Assembly (NCBI GenBank): GCA_013152755.1
Contig: JAADFR010000097.1
Coordinates: 1,316 to 65,315 of the forward strand
Source: Alphaproteobacteria bacterium
GTDB lineage: Bacteria; Pseudomonadota; Alphaproteobacteria; Sphingomonadales; Emcibacteraceae
Length of the DNA: 64,000 nt
Direction: 5' to 3'
Shown one piece after another: positions 18,336 through 27,671 of this stretch. The translations under genes were made by a program, and so were the position numbers. Within the stretch, counting starts at the first letter, position 1. The number at the start of each line of letters is the position of its first letter. The notes under the pieces are model-generated. The model made no database searches and was not told where the DNA came from. It saw only the letters and a list, made by a program, of their open reading frames with translations.

Positions 18336-20498
18336 TTGTCTAAAAAAACATTGAAAAATACATTGGCTCTAACAACCTGTTACGGCGCAATGATCGTATT
18401 TTCCCCAGCAGCAATGGCACAGGATGAACAAGCAGAGAGCGTGTTCAGTCTGGAGGAAATCATTGTTACTGCCCGCAAGCGTTCGGAAAGTCTGCAATCA
18501 ACCCCGATTGCCATATCAGCCTTTAACGCACAGGCGTTGGAGGACAGAGGGGCGGTAAATATCAATGATATAACAAATATTGTCCCCAATATGCAATATT
18601 CCGCTGCCGCATCGGGAACTGTGGGTGCGTCATCGTTAACTATTCGCGGAATAGGCCAGAGCGATTTTATTACCACCACCGAGCCCGGTGTAGGGCTATA
18701 TCTTGATGGGGTTTATCTTGCCAGAGTAACGGGCGCTGCTCTTGACCTAGCGGATATTGAGCGGGTTGAGGTTCTTAGAGGCCCGCAAGGAACCCTCTTT
18801 GGCCGCAATACAATTGGCGGGGCTGTTAATGTTATCACTAAAAAGCCATCCGGTGAATTTAATGGCAATGCCCAATTAACTTTGGGTAATAACAATCGTT
18901 TTAATGGAAGACTTTCCGTCGATTTCCCGATTATAGACGATGTCTTATCCGGCAGGGTAGCCTTTCTGTCAAAGAACAGTGATGGATATGGATTTGATTC
19001 AGACCCCGTTGGTGGCGGCGGAAATTTAGCAGTCGAAAATGATATAGCCGGACGGGCCCAATTATTATTTACCCCAAAGGAAAATATATCTTTCTTATTA
19101 TCTATTGATCATACACGTCGGCGGGGAACTGTTATGCCTCACGGTCGTGTTTTCTCAACAATACCCGGGGATATTTCCCTGTTACCCAAGGATGATCCAA
19201 ATCTGGTACGGCTTGATGCTCCAATACAGGATGATCTTGATGTTACGGGATATGCGCTAACAACAGATATAGGTCTGGGGGATGTGGATTTGAAGCTGAT
19301 CACCGCATATCGCAAGCAATCTGGTCAGTCCGGGCAAGATTTTGATGGCGGGTCAGATAATATTTTGAATCAGTTTATCACAAGTACCCAGAACCAATTC
19401 AGTCAGGAAATCCAATTTACCGGAACAAGCCTGGATGATAAACTGGACTGGGTAGTAGGCCTCTATTATTTTAAGGAAAATGGTCAGTTTGATTCCGATA
19501 TTGTTTTGACGGGTGTCCCCATTACCATCTTTACCAAGAGTGATACAAAATCCTACGCGGCCTATGCTCAAGGAACATATCATATTTCCGACAAGTTCGA
19601 TGTTACCGGTGGTGTACGTTGGACCAGTGAAACAAAAGGCGTTGATGTAGATACCTTCTTTGGTCCCTTTCAACTTGTTAATGACGCGAAAAACAAGAAG
19701 TTTACCGCCTTTTCCCCCAAAATTGGGCTTGATTATCAGGCATCTGATGACTTGCTTGTTTATGCATCCGTATCGCGTGGTTTCCGGTCCGGTGGATTTA
19801 ATGGTCGCCCCTTCTCACCGACTGATTTGACACCATTTGATGAAGAAACAACAACGGCTTATGAAGTTGGATTCAAAGCGGATATGATGGAAAAGACAGT
19901 CCGCCTGAATGTGGCTGGTTTCTATACCGATTATAAGGATATTCAGTTAACCGCAACGACACTGAATGATCAGGGACAGTTCATTGTTTTAACCGCCAAT
20001 GCCGGCAAAGCGAAAATATATGGAATTGAGGCTGAATTACAAGCAAAACCCACCAAGGATATATTCCTTTATGGATCAGTAGGATATGCGGATAATGGTA
20101 ATGTCAGTCCATTGAAGGGCTTTGATTTTGATACCAGCACAGGCGGAAATCTGCCAGGAGCTTCCGAATGGACATTAAGCCTTGGCGGAAATTATGATTT
20201 TGAAGTTGGTGATAATATGATGGGCATGGTTGGCGTCGATTATTCCTATCGTAGTCGTTATGACCATCAGGCAAGCAATCAGACAGCTACTGTGGCAGAA
20301 GATGGCTATGGCCTGCTAAATGCGCGTCTTACGGTTGGCCCCGACGATGAAAAATGGAAACTGACTTTTTATGGCAAGAACCTGACGGATGAAGTTTACC
20401 GTGTATATGGTCAGGATTCCGTGTCCTCTTTTGGGGTTGCCGTTGTCTGGTTTGGTCCAACGCGCGAATTCGGGGCAACATTATCCTTTAGTTTCTAA
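18336..20498 (+). CDS. TonB-dependent receptor
   Basis: TTG start after GGGAGAAG. Signal peptide ending AMAQDE. Plug motifs EEIIVTARKR and VEVLRGPQGTLFGRNTIGG. C-terminal beta-barrel ending ...TLSFSF. Confidence 0.92.
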   Translation: MSKKTLKNTLALTTCYGAMIVFSPAAMAQDEQAESVFSLEEIIVTARKRSESLQSTPIAISAFNAQALEDRGAVNINDITNIVPNMQYSAAASGTVGASSLTIRGIGQSDFITTTEPGVGLYLDGVYLARVTGAALDLADIERVEVLRGPQGTLFGRNTIGGAVNVITKKPSGEFNGNAQLTLGNNNRFNGRLSVDFPIIDDVLSGRVAFLSKNSDGYGFDSDPVGGGGNLAVENDIAGRAQLLFTPKENISFLLSIDHTRRRGTVMPHGRVFSTIPGDISLLPKDDPNLVRLDAPIQDDLDVTGYALTTDIGLGDVDLKLITAYRKQSGQSGQDFDGGSDNILNQFITSTQNQFSQEIQFTGTSLDDKLDWVVGLYYFKENGQFDSDIVLTGVPITIFTKSDTKSYAAYAQGTYHISDKFDVTGGVRWTSETKGVDVDTFFGPFQLVNDAKNKKFTAFSPKIGLDYQASDDLLVYASVSRGFRSGGFNGRPFSPTDLTPFDEETTTAYEVGFKADMMEKTVRLNVAGFYTDYKDIQLTATTLNDQGQFIVLTANAGKAKIYGIEAELQAKPTKDIFLYGSVGYADNGNVSPLKGFDFDTSTGGNLPGASEWTLSLGGNYDFEVGDNMMGMVGVDYSYRSRYDHQASNQTATVAEDGYGLLNARLTVGPDDEKWKLTFYGKNLTDEVYRVYGQDSVSSFGVAVVWFGPTREFGATLSFSF

Positions 20499-20529
20499 AG
20501 AAAAATTTCAGGACTAATATCCACTTCAT

Positions 20530-20566
20530 AAATAGGGCGCTGTATTTTCTGCGCCCTATTTATGTT
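20530..20566 (+). terminator. Hairpin terminator downstream of the TonB-dependent receptor gene
   Basis: AAATAGGGCGC-TGTATTTTCT-GCGCCCTATTT, a perfect 11-bp stem followed by ATGTTG (weak U tract). Confidence 0.6.
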
Positions 20567-20896
20567 GTCAATAATTGTTGGCTAAATTAAGAATTATTAG
20601 AATATTATCTTTATCGGAGCACCCAAATACCCGTTTATCAAATTCTAAAAATTTGAGTAAGATTTGTTCTTCCTTTTTAAGTTGCCCGGTCAGAGCATAA
20701 AGAGAGTAAAGCTGTTTTAAATAATATAGATGTCCGTAATTATCAGGGGGTTACCAGACCACCTCTCTGGATTGAGATTATTATTCTTACGAGTAAAAAA
20801 CCCTCAAATCATCAATTTTAATAAGTTGGAATTGGTATCGAGGGCAGGAGTTAAACTCAGACTATACTCTAAGCTGCTATATAAGCTGTGGATAGC

Positions 20897-22318
20897 TTAT
20901 AACACCGGACCTAAGGTTGCGATAATATTATTCCATATGCGTCTTGGCAATTTCCATGTGTTAATATCTGAAAGCATGGCAGGACGAGAGTTCTTTATAT
21001 AATCCATTTGCCGTGCGTAAATCGCTTTTGTCGTCGCTTCATCGCTGAGCAAAATATTGTTTTCATAATTCAGATCAAAACTCCGTATGTCCATATTAGA
21101 TGAACCGATAAGCGAAATTTTATCATCTACCGTTAATGTTTTTGCATGCAAAAGACCACCTTCAAAATCATGAATTATTACGCCTGATTGTAACAGCCTG
21201 CGGTAATAACTGCGTGAAGCCGCACTAACAATCCATGAATCATTACGGGCCGGAAATATCATGTTTGTTTTCACACCGCGAAGTGCGCAAGCACATAAAG
21301 CCCCCAATACTTTTTCATCGGGAATAAAATATGGCGTAGAGATGGTCAAACTGTCCTGCGCCAGAGTGATCAAGGTCGCAAACATTTCAGGGGTGGCCTC
21401 CTTACGTTCCGTGGGGCCGTCACCCCAAACTTGCGCCGGGAATCCGCCTTTAATAGGCTTTGCATTAAAATCAAAATCATTTAGGGTGCCTTCAACCTCG
21501 AGCATCCAATCGCTGGCAAAAAGAAGTTGGTTCTGCGCAACAACCGGGCCTTCAAAGCGCAGCATAATATCTACCCAAGGCGCGTATTTTGCTTTAACTG
21601 CAAATTCAGGATCTGCGCAATTTTGTGAACCACAATAGGTAATCCGCCCATCAATAACAGTGATTTTCCTGTGGTTACGAAGATCAAGGCGACTAAATAA
21701 TATTATTTTAAAAATGCGATGAAACGGCAAAGCAATAGAACAATGAACACCCGCGTCTTTCATTTCTTTCCAAAGTTTTGACTTGATGAACGCGCGCGAA
21801 CCAAGCCCATCCACCATAGCCCTACATGTAACACCTTTGCGTGCGGCATGTATTAGGGCATTTGCCATATTGGTGCCGGTTTTATCATTCAGCCAAATAT
21901 AATAAAGCACATGCACATGGGATTTTGCATGCTTGATATCTTCCAATATACGGGCTCGAGCAACATCCGCGTCAGCCATAAGCTCTGCCTTATTGCCTAT
22001 GGTCGTGCCGAATCCGTTTATTGATGTTGCATATCGAAAAGCTGGCTTATATGCACTATCAATAACACCTTCAAGATTCGTGATGTCTCCACCAGGCGAG
22101 GAATGCAAAGACCTGATCTGCTCTAAAACAGTCTTATGCCGCTTGTTAATACTGCGCCCAAGATTCACATCCCCAAAAAGAAAATAGATGATTGCACCAA
22201 ACATAGGAATGACCAAAATCACCATAAACCAGGCGAGCCGCGTTACAGGTGAAAGATTTTCACGCGAAAGAATTCGTAAAACGGTTACCAAAACAATAAA
22301 AGAATGAAGCCACAACAA
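20897..22318 (-). CDS. cls: Cardiolipin synthase (two HKD/PLD motifs, N-terminal TM helices)
   Basis: N-terminal TM helices (LAWFMVILVIPMFGAIIYFLFG). HKD motifs NHRKITVIDG and LHAKTLTVDD...GSSNMD. Length of 473 aa is typical of ClsA-type enzymes. Confidence 0.92.
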   Translation of the reverse strand: MLWLHSFIVLVTVLRILSRENLSPVTRLAWFMVILVIPMFGAIIYFLFGDVNLGRSINKRHKTVLEQIRSLHSSPGGDITNLEGVIDSAYKPAFRYATSINGFGTTIGNKAELMADADVARARILEDIKHAKSHVHVLYYIWLNDKTGTNMANALIHAARKGVTCRAMVDGLGSRAFIKSKLWKEMKDAGVHCSIALPFHRIFKIILFSRLDLRNHRKITVIDGRITYCGSQNCADPEFAVKAKYAPWVDIMLRFEGPVVAQNQLLFASDWMLEVEGTLNDFDFNAKPIKGGFPAQVWGDGPTERKEATPEMFATLITLAQDSLTISTPYFIPDEKVLGALCACALRGVKTNMIFPARNDSWIVSAASRSYYRRLLQSGVIIHDFEGGLLHAKTLTVDDKISLIGSSNMDIRSFDLNYENNILLSDEATTKAIYARQMDYIKNSRPAMLSDINTWKLPRRIWNNIIATLGPVL

Positions 22319-22405
22319 TAATTATTGCCCCTTTTGCACAAGTCTCTCTTCACGGTAGTAATAATATTGTAATGCGGAAAACCAAGAGCGTACAGGTAAA
22401 ATAAG

Positions 22406-22594
22406 TTATCGATTACCTTCGCATTCTTTTATGGCGACCTTCACCGCCTCAAAGATCAATTTATCAGCCTCTTGAGGATCATTGTCCGGAACGTCCCAAG
22501 CCATAATCTCTCTGTACCGTTCAATTAGATGATTTACGTCTTTGACTATTCTTTTATGGTATCTCTTGATTTCAATCTTTTGTATTTCTGACAT
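22406..22594 (-). CDS. Hypothetical small protein (62 aa, charged, helical-looking)
   Basis: The ORF fits exactly between the EEP and cls genes on the same strand (gaps of 26 and 87 nt). No recognisable motif. Confidence 0.5.
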   Translation of the reverse strand: MSEIQKIEIKRYHKRIVKDVNHLIERYREIMAWDVPDNDPQEADKLIFEAVKVAIKECEGNR

Positions 22595-22620
22595 GTTTCT
22601 TTCCTTAGGTTACATTACCG

Positions 22621-23349
22621 TTATCTGATAGTTATATTCATATAAATAGGTAAGTGATCTGAAGCACGTTTTGAAAGCGGCGATTTGTGAACACCCATAT
22701 TTTGCAAATTTACATCACCCCAAAGAATAAAACGATCCAGTGGAACTATTGGCTTTTTACTATGGAAACTAGCGCCCGGCGTGATAATGTGAAACCCCGC
22801 CCCGGCGGCGCGGCAAGCTTTACCCATCTCACGCCATTCGTTGAAATCTCCTGCAATAATTGTAGGGACAAGCTCATCTTCATTTTCTATTTTATCTGAT
22901 AGATATTTGATTTGTTTAGCACGTATATTTCCAATCAGTGATAAATGTACTCCAATGAATTTAAACTTCAAGCCTGACCCATTATTAAACAAAGCGCCAA
23001 CTGCACCGCGCGGCTCAAGTGTAGGGATGTTAATTTTCTCAGACTCTATTAACAGAAAAGGATCACGGTAAAGAATAGCATTTCCGTGCCACCCATGACT
23101 TGGGCCACAACCTTCTATGCGGGCAAATTTATACCCAAGCTCACTTTCCAGAATATTGGCAGGTAATGTGCCGGGCCTATCACCCAGCCTTTTATCAGCT
23201 TCTTGCAAGGCAATTATATCTGCGTCAAGTTCGCCAAGGACTTTGATGATCCGCTGGGCGTCCCTCTTCCAGTCAAGACCAACCGCCTTGCGAATATTGT
23301 AACTCGCCACACGCAATGAAATCTGAGATTGTTTCAACTTAACGCTCAC
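22621..23349 (-). CDS. Endonuclease/exonuclease/phosphatase (EEP) family protein, YbhP-like
   Basis: LRVASYNIRK...DADIIALQEAD at the N-terminus and SDHLPIY near the C-terminus are EEP-fold signatures. Confidence 0.85.
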   Translation of the reverse strand: MSVKLKQSQISLRVASYNIRKAVGLDWKRDAQRIIKVLGELDADIIALQEADKRLGDRPGTLPANILESELGYKFARIEGCGPSHGWHGNAILYRDPFLLIESEKINIPTLEPRGAVGALFNNGSGLKFKFIGVHLSLIGNIRAKQIKYLSDKIENEDELVPTIIAGDFNEWREMGKACRAAGAGFHIITPGASFHSKKPIVPLDRFILWGDVNLQNMGVHKSPLSKRASDHLPIYMNITIR

Positions 23350-23472
23350 ACTTATGGGGTTCTAGAGTGTAATTTTTTAGATTCCCTTTGGTAATTTTTA
23401 TAGAAAAACTCAGCCAAAGGACAACCCAATTTTTTACCTTCTGTTTTGCCTGAATAATCCATTTTTCTGCCT

Positions 23473-24105
23473 TTAAGCAAGCCCCGGGAAAAGTTTAAGC
23501 AACCCCGAAGCAAGCATTTGGATTCCGATCGCAGCAAGCAATAAACCCATTATACGCGTTGCAACATTTAAACCTATTGTGCCCAGTAACTTTCCAATTG
23601 GCGCCGCCGCCCTTAATGCAAGCCATACCACACATGCTATCAAAAGAATGCCTGCGCTCAATATAATTTTGTCCGTCATATTGGTCGCTTGGTGTGCATC
23701 AGAAATAGCCAAACTTATTGCACCAGGTCCCGCAAGCAGAGGAATAGCAAGTGGCACTACTGCTATACTATCTTTCGTGTTTGCTTCATCTGCTTCACCG
23801 GGCGCTTGTCTTGCATGGCTGGGTTTAGCGTTAAGCATAGACATGGCCATCAGTAAAATAAGAAGTCCGCCGCCTGTACGAAAAGCTGGAATTCCAATCC
23901 CAAAAAAGTGCAGAATTGACGTGCCAAACCAAATAGATAATACCAAAATTATAGAGACAGAAATAGACGTAATTCGCGCAATAGAAACACATTCTTTTGG
24001 CGTCCGGTTCCCACGCATAGATAAAAATATCGGCACAACACCCAGAGGGTTCAAAATTGCCAACATACCAATTATCGATTTTGTATAGAGTGTATATTCG
24101 TGCAT
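23473..24105 (-). CDS. MarC family (UPF0056) integral membrane protein
   Basis: 210 aa with about 6 TM helices. The N-terminus IIGMLAILNPLGVVPIFLS resembles the MarC-family motif. Confidence 0.8.
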   Translation of the reverse strand: MHEYTLYTKSIIGMLAILNPLGVVPIFLSMRGNRTPKECVSIARITSISVSIILVLSIWFGTSILHFFGIGIPAFRTGGGLLILLMAMSMLNAKPSHARQAPGEADEANTKDSIAVVPLAIPLLAGPGAISLAISDAHQATNMTDKIILSAGILLIACVVWLALRAAAPIGKLLGTIGLNVATRIMGLLLAAIGIQMLASGLLKLFPGLA

Positions 24106-24156
24106 GCGATCTCCTTTTGATCCTTCTTTTTAATATTACTTAGCCCCTTCTCAAGA

Positions 24157-24531
24157 TTAAGAAAGAGCCTCAACAAGCATACCGATTAAGGCCAATACAG
24201 AACATGCTACCAGTGAAAAACTTATCGCTCTAACCATCCAGGCGGGCGTCGCATCAACATCCAGCCCCTTCATTCTCATATGAAGATGATTATAACGCCA
24301 TGTTGCTTGCAAGAATGCTATTATACTCAATAAAATCAATATAGTAGCTATACTTAACAGCATCCAAAGTGGCATGGAATCTTTTAAAAAATTTGCGACT
24401 CCCAACCCCGTTGCAAATGCCGATAACCCCGTACGTATCCAAGCCTGGAATGTACGCTCATTTGCCAAGATTGTACGGTCTTGCGCCAATATATTATTAT
24501 CAGGATTAAGCTTATCAGCATTACGCATCAT
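24157..24531 (-). CDS. DUF202 (YidH-like) membrane protein
   Basis: LANERTFQAWIRTGLSAFATGLGV matches the DUF202 signature (ANERTFLAWIRT in E. coli YidH, as I recall it). 124 aa, 3 TM helices. Confidence 0.8.
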   Translation of the reverse strand: MMRNADKLNPDNNILAQDRTILANERTFQAWIRTGLSAFATGLGVANFLKDSMPLWMLLSIATILILLSIIAFLQATWRYNHLHMRMKGLDVDATPAWMVRAISFSLVACSVLALIGMLVEALS

Positions 24532-24563
24532 ATATCATCTGCCGTATTATATTGATAAAGCTA

Positions 24564-25166
24564 TCAAACTTTCTTCAAGCTCAAACTAAGCATTATCATG
24601 GATAGGCCATCAAACAACAGGCTAACCCCAACAAATATGCCTAAATAGAATGCCGATGTCGCAGGCCAACCAATTAAAATCATAAGAGCGAGAACCAGCG
24701 AGACTAATCCATTGAATATCATCCAACCCCACCCTGTTTGTGACCTTCGCTCAAAAGCCATTGAGAACCCACCAAATGCATCCGCAAATAAATAGAAAGA
24801 TATTAGGAGCGTTAAAGCTGCTATCCCAACCGTCGGATTGGCAAGCCAAAGCCCGCCGGCAACTAACAAAATGATTGGTTTTATCCATCCGCCAATAGAA
24901 TGAACATGAAGCTTGAATGCATAATATAGCCATAATAAACCGCCAACAATCATCATCCAACCGAGATAAACTTCTATTGCTATTGACAGGAAATTAGGAA
25001 AAACAATACCTATTATCCCTAATATTGCTAGCAAAAACCCTATTATTCCGAGAGGTTTACGCATCGAAATTGCAAAATCTTGAGGTATATGAACCGCACT
25101 CACAACTATCTCCTTACTTCCAGTGTCAGGCCCAACATTGATCAGGCCATTCTGTGGCTTTGTCAA
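24564..25166 (-). CDS. HdeD/DUF308-like membrane protein
   Basis: About 6 TM helices with glycine-rich periodic helices (GIIGFLLAILGIIGIVFP, ILLVAGGLWLA, LVLALMILIGWP), as in HdeD-family proteins. The start may be the internal ATG at 25064. Confidence 0.6.
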   Translation of the reverse strand: MTKPQNGLINVGPDTGSKEIVVSAVHIPQDFAISMRKPLGIIGFLLAILGIIGIVFPNFLSIAIEVYLGWMMIVGGLLWLYYAFKLHVHSIGGWIKPIILLVAGGLWLANPTVGIAALTLLISFYLFADAFGGFSMAFERRSQTGWGWMIFNGLVSLVLALMILIGWPATSAFYLGIFVGVSLLFDGLSMIMLSLSLKKV

Positions 25167-25515
25167 TCTTCACTCTGTGGTTTTATATTATGCACATTTT
25201 CTTCTTTGATCATGCGCACACCGCTGATATTTTATTTGTTGAGTATAGACCTACCCCAGAGTTTGTCCATTGAAAGTGGAACAAGGTCATATCTGAGCTT
25301 GTTTCAAAGAAACAGAAAATTTCACTGAACAAAAAGCATATGCCAAATGTTAGACAGCATAAGTAGGTTCCGCAGGAAATGTCGTTGTAGATGGCCACCA
25401 TTATGGAAATACCCCAATTATTTCTGTAGCATTAATCATCATATTGACCTAGGGTCAGTGGACTATTAAGGTCATAACCCTAGAATTTCTATATGAGACG
25501 ACAGGACGCGTCACC

Positions 25516-26193
25516 ATGAAAATACTTTTAGCAGAAGATGACAGGAAAACCTCGGACTTCATCCGTAAGGGCCTTATCCAGAACTCTCATACCGTCGATT
25601 GTGTTGATGACGGGCGCGACGCTCTAAGCGCCTGCCTGTACAATACATATGACTTGGTAATACTCGACCGGATGATGCCCGGCATGGACGGTTTGGCCGT
25701 TGTAAAGTCATTGCGCGCAACGAATAGTAAGCTACCCGTCCTTTTCCTGACAGCAATGGCGGATGTTGATGACCGTGTTGAAGGTCTGACCGCAGGCGGT
25801 GATGATTATCTGACAAAACCGTTCCATTTCTCAGAACTTCTAGCGCGCATTACTGCATTGGCGCGGCGGCCGCACGAGACCGAGACTGTATCAAAATTGC
25901 AGGTTGCTGACCTTGAACTTGATTTAATGACGCGGGTGGCCAAACGTGGCAAGACAAGTATTGAACTCAAGGCAAAGGAATATGCCCTGCTGGAAGTGCT
26001 AATGCGGAACGCCGGCCGTGTCATGACAAGAACAATGCTTCTGGAACAGGTCTGGGATTTTAATTTTGATCCACAGACAACAGTGATTGAAACCCATATC
26101 AGCCGATTACGATCAAAAATAGACAAACCGTTTGATACGTCCCTGCTCCATACAATCCGCAACATCGGTTATTCGATCCATGCGCCCCGCTAA
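25516..26193 (+). CDS. OmpR-family response regulator
   Basis: MKILLAEDD, DLVILDRMMPGMDG and TKPF receiver motifs. Winged-helix C-terminus (LKAKEYALLEVLM, TIRNIGYSI). Confidence 0.92.
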   Translation: MKILLAEDDRKTSDFIRKGLIQNSHTVDCVDDGRDALSACLYNTYDLVILDRMMPGMDGLAVVKSLRATNSKLPVLFLTAMADVDDRVEGLTAGGDDYLTKPFHFSELLARITALARRPHETETVSKLQVADLELDLMTRVAKRGKTSIELKAKEYALLEVLMRNAGRVMTRTMLLEQVWDFNFDPQTTVIETHISRLRSKIDKPFDTSLLHTIRNIGYSIHAPR

Positions 26194-27550
26194 CGTCCTT
26201 TCCGGTGCCGCTTTCAGGGCAACGCTGTTCGCTCTGGCAATCTTCTTCCTGATTTTAATATTGGCCGGTTCTGCTCTCTATCAAATAGTTCGTTCCTACC
26301 AATATGCCGAGCTCGAAGCCCAAATGATAGAAGAGGTCGTTCTCTTCCGTCAGATTTTTGAGCGCGAAGGGCGGACTGGTCTTATAAAAACCATGAAAAT
26401 ATTGGATAAATCCTCCCCTCCCGTACAGCATAAGCTAGGTTTATTTGGCGAGAACAATGAAAAACTTGTTGGAAGTTTAAGCGTTGCACCGGATATTCTG
26501 GGTTTTGCAAAAATGACCCTGGAGCTACAACCTGGTGGTAAAAGCGGGAGCTTCTATATTCATACGGCAAAAATAGACAAGACGACAATTGTTGTTGGCA
26601 GAAGCTTGCAAGCGATTACAGCCGTAATAGATGCACTCTTATATGGGCTAGTCGTAACGGGTTTGATCGTAATTGCCACCACACTTCTTATTGGCTACTG
26701 GTTAAGCTGGCGCGTTTCCCGAAAACTGGAAGCTCTGGTAGATACTCTTGACAGGGTTGCATCCGGTGAAACACATGTGCGAATTCCCGTGAATAAAAAC
26801 CACAATCAAATCAACCGGATTTCTATCCGTATCAATGAACATCTGGATCGGCTCTCTATTCTCATGGAAAGTACCCGCAACACGTCAAAAGCCATTGCCC
26901 ATGATTTGCGAACACCGCTAAGCCGGGTGAGTATGTTACTTGAAGAAGCAACAAATGATGGGTTGAAAAAACAGAAAACTATTGAATTGATAAGAGAGGC
27001 AGAGACGGAACTGGTCAATATAACAGGCATATTTGACACCATGTTGCGTATCGCACGTATCCAGTCTTCCAATGACAGGACAGGTTTCAGCCCCATATTG
27101 GCAAAAGACCTTGTCAGTGATGTCGTAGAAACTTACCAGCCTGTTTTCGAAGTTTCTGGACAGAGGTTAATACTTAATCCACAATCCAGCACCTCTGCAA
27201 AGCTGGTTTGTGATAGTAAAATGATTAAACAATTGCTGGCCAATCTTCTTGAAAATGCGAACCGTTATTGCCCTGTGGAAGTTGACGTAAATGTTAGCGT
27301 TTCAACAACAGAAAATGGTGGTGTTCTGATCATTGTTGCCGATAATGGCCCGGGCATTCCTGCTGGGGAATTGGACAAGGTCATGGAACCATTCCACAGG
27401 ATAGATACAAGCCGAACTGAGAGAGGGGCCGGGCTGGGTCTCTCTCTGGTAAAAGCCATTGCCCTGCGCCATAACGCTGAAGTAACACTTTCAGACAACA
27501 GGCCCGGACTTCGGGTCAGCATCACTTTCCCGCCTTCACATCTTTCTTGA
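26180..27550 (+). CDS. Sensor histidine kinase
   Basis: Track ORF trimmed to the ATG at 26180, giving a 14-nt overlap with the regulator gene. Two TM helices, H-box AIAHDLRTPLS, N-box LLENANRY, G-boxes DNGPGI and GAGLGLSLV. Confidence 0.9.
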   Translation: MRPANVLSGAAFRATLFALAIFFLILILAGSALYQIVRSYQYAELEAQMIEEVVLFRQIFEREGRTGLIKTMKILDKSSPPVQHKLGLFGENNEKLVGSLSVAPDILGFAKMTLELQPGGKSGSFYIHTAKIDKTTIVVGRSLQAITAVIDALLYGLVVTGLIVIATTLLIGYWLSWRVSRKLEALVDTLDRVASGETHVRIPVNKNHNQINRISIRINEHLDRLSILMESTRNTSKAIAHDLRTPLSRVSMLLEEATNDGLKKQKTIELIREAETELVNITGIFDTMLRIARIQSSNDRTGFSPILAKDLVSDVVETYQPVFEVSGQRLILNPQSSTSAKLVCDSKMIKQLLANLLENANRYCPVEVDVNVSVSTTENGGVLIIVADNGPGIPAGELDKVMEPFHRIDTSRTERGAGLGLSLVKAIALRHNAEVTLSDNRPGLRVSITFPPSHLS

Positions 27551-27671
27551 GACTTCTCACCGGCTTTGCTGGTTGTCAAAAAATTAAAGTTCACGCAAAA
27601 CCCTTGTAATGTGACACGCGCACATTTGCCACAGCCCAATAAGGGGTGCTCAACTCAAAAAAGGAAATATT

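Noticed and set aside
20730-21002. A 90-aa plus-strand ORF in the AT-rich gap upstream of the cls 3' end
   Set aside because: It overlaps the cls stop region, has no SD and no recognisable features. It is probably a chance ORF in AT-rich DNA.
20897-22318. The PLD-family protein as a defence nuclease (Nuc-like)
   Set aside because: It has two HKD motifs, N-terminal TM helices and a length of about 470 aa, which match cardiolipin synthase. PLD nucleases are short single-HKD proteins.
25445-25474. TGACC-TAG-GGTCA plus a third GGTCA 17 nt downstream, upstream of the second response regulator gene, as a possible autoregulatory site
   Set aside because: These are short 5-nt half-sites, the spacing is not a helical multiple, and there is no second occurrence, for example upstream of yfdX. 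It cannot be distinguished from chance.
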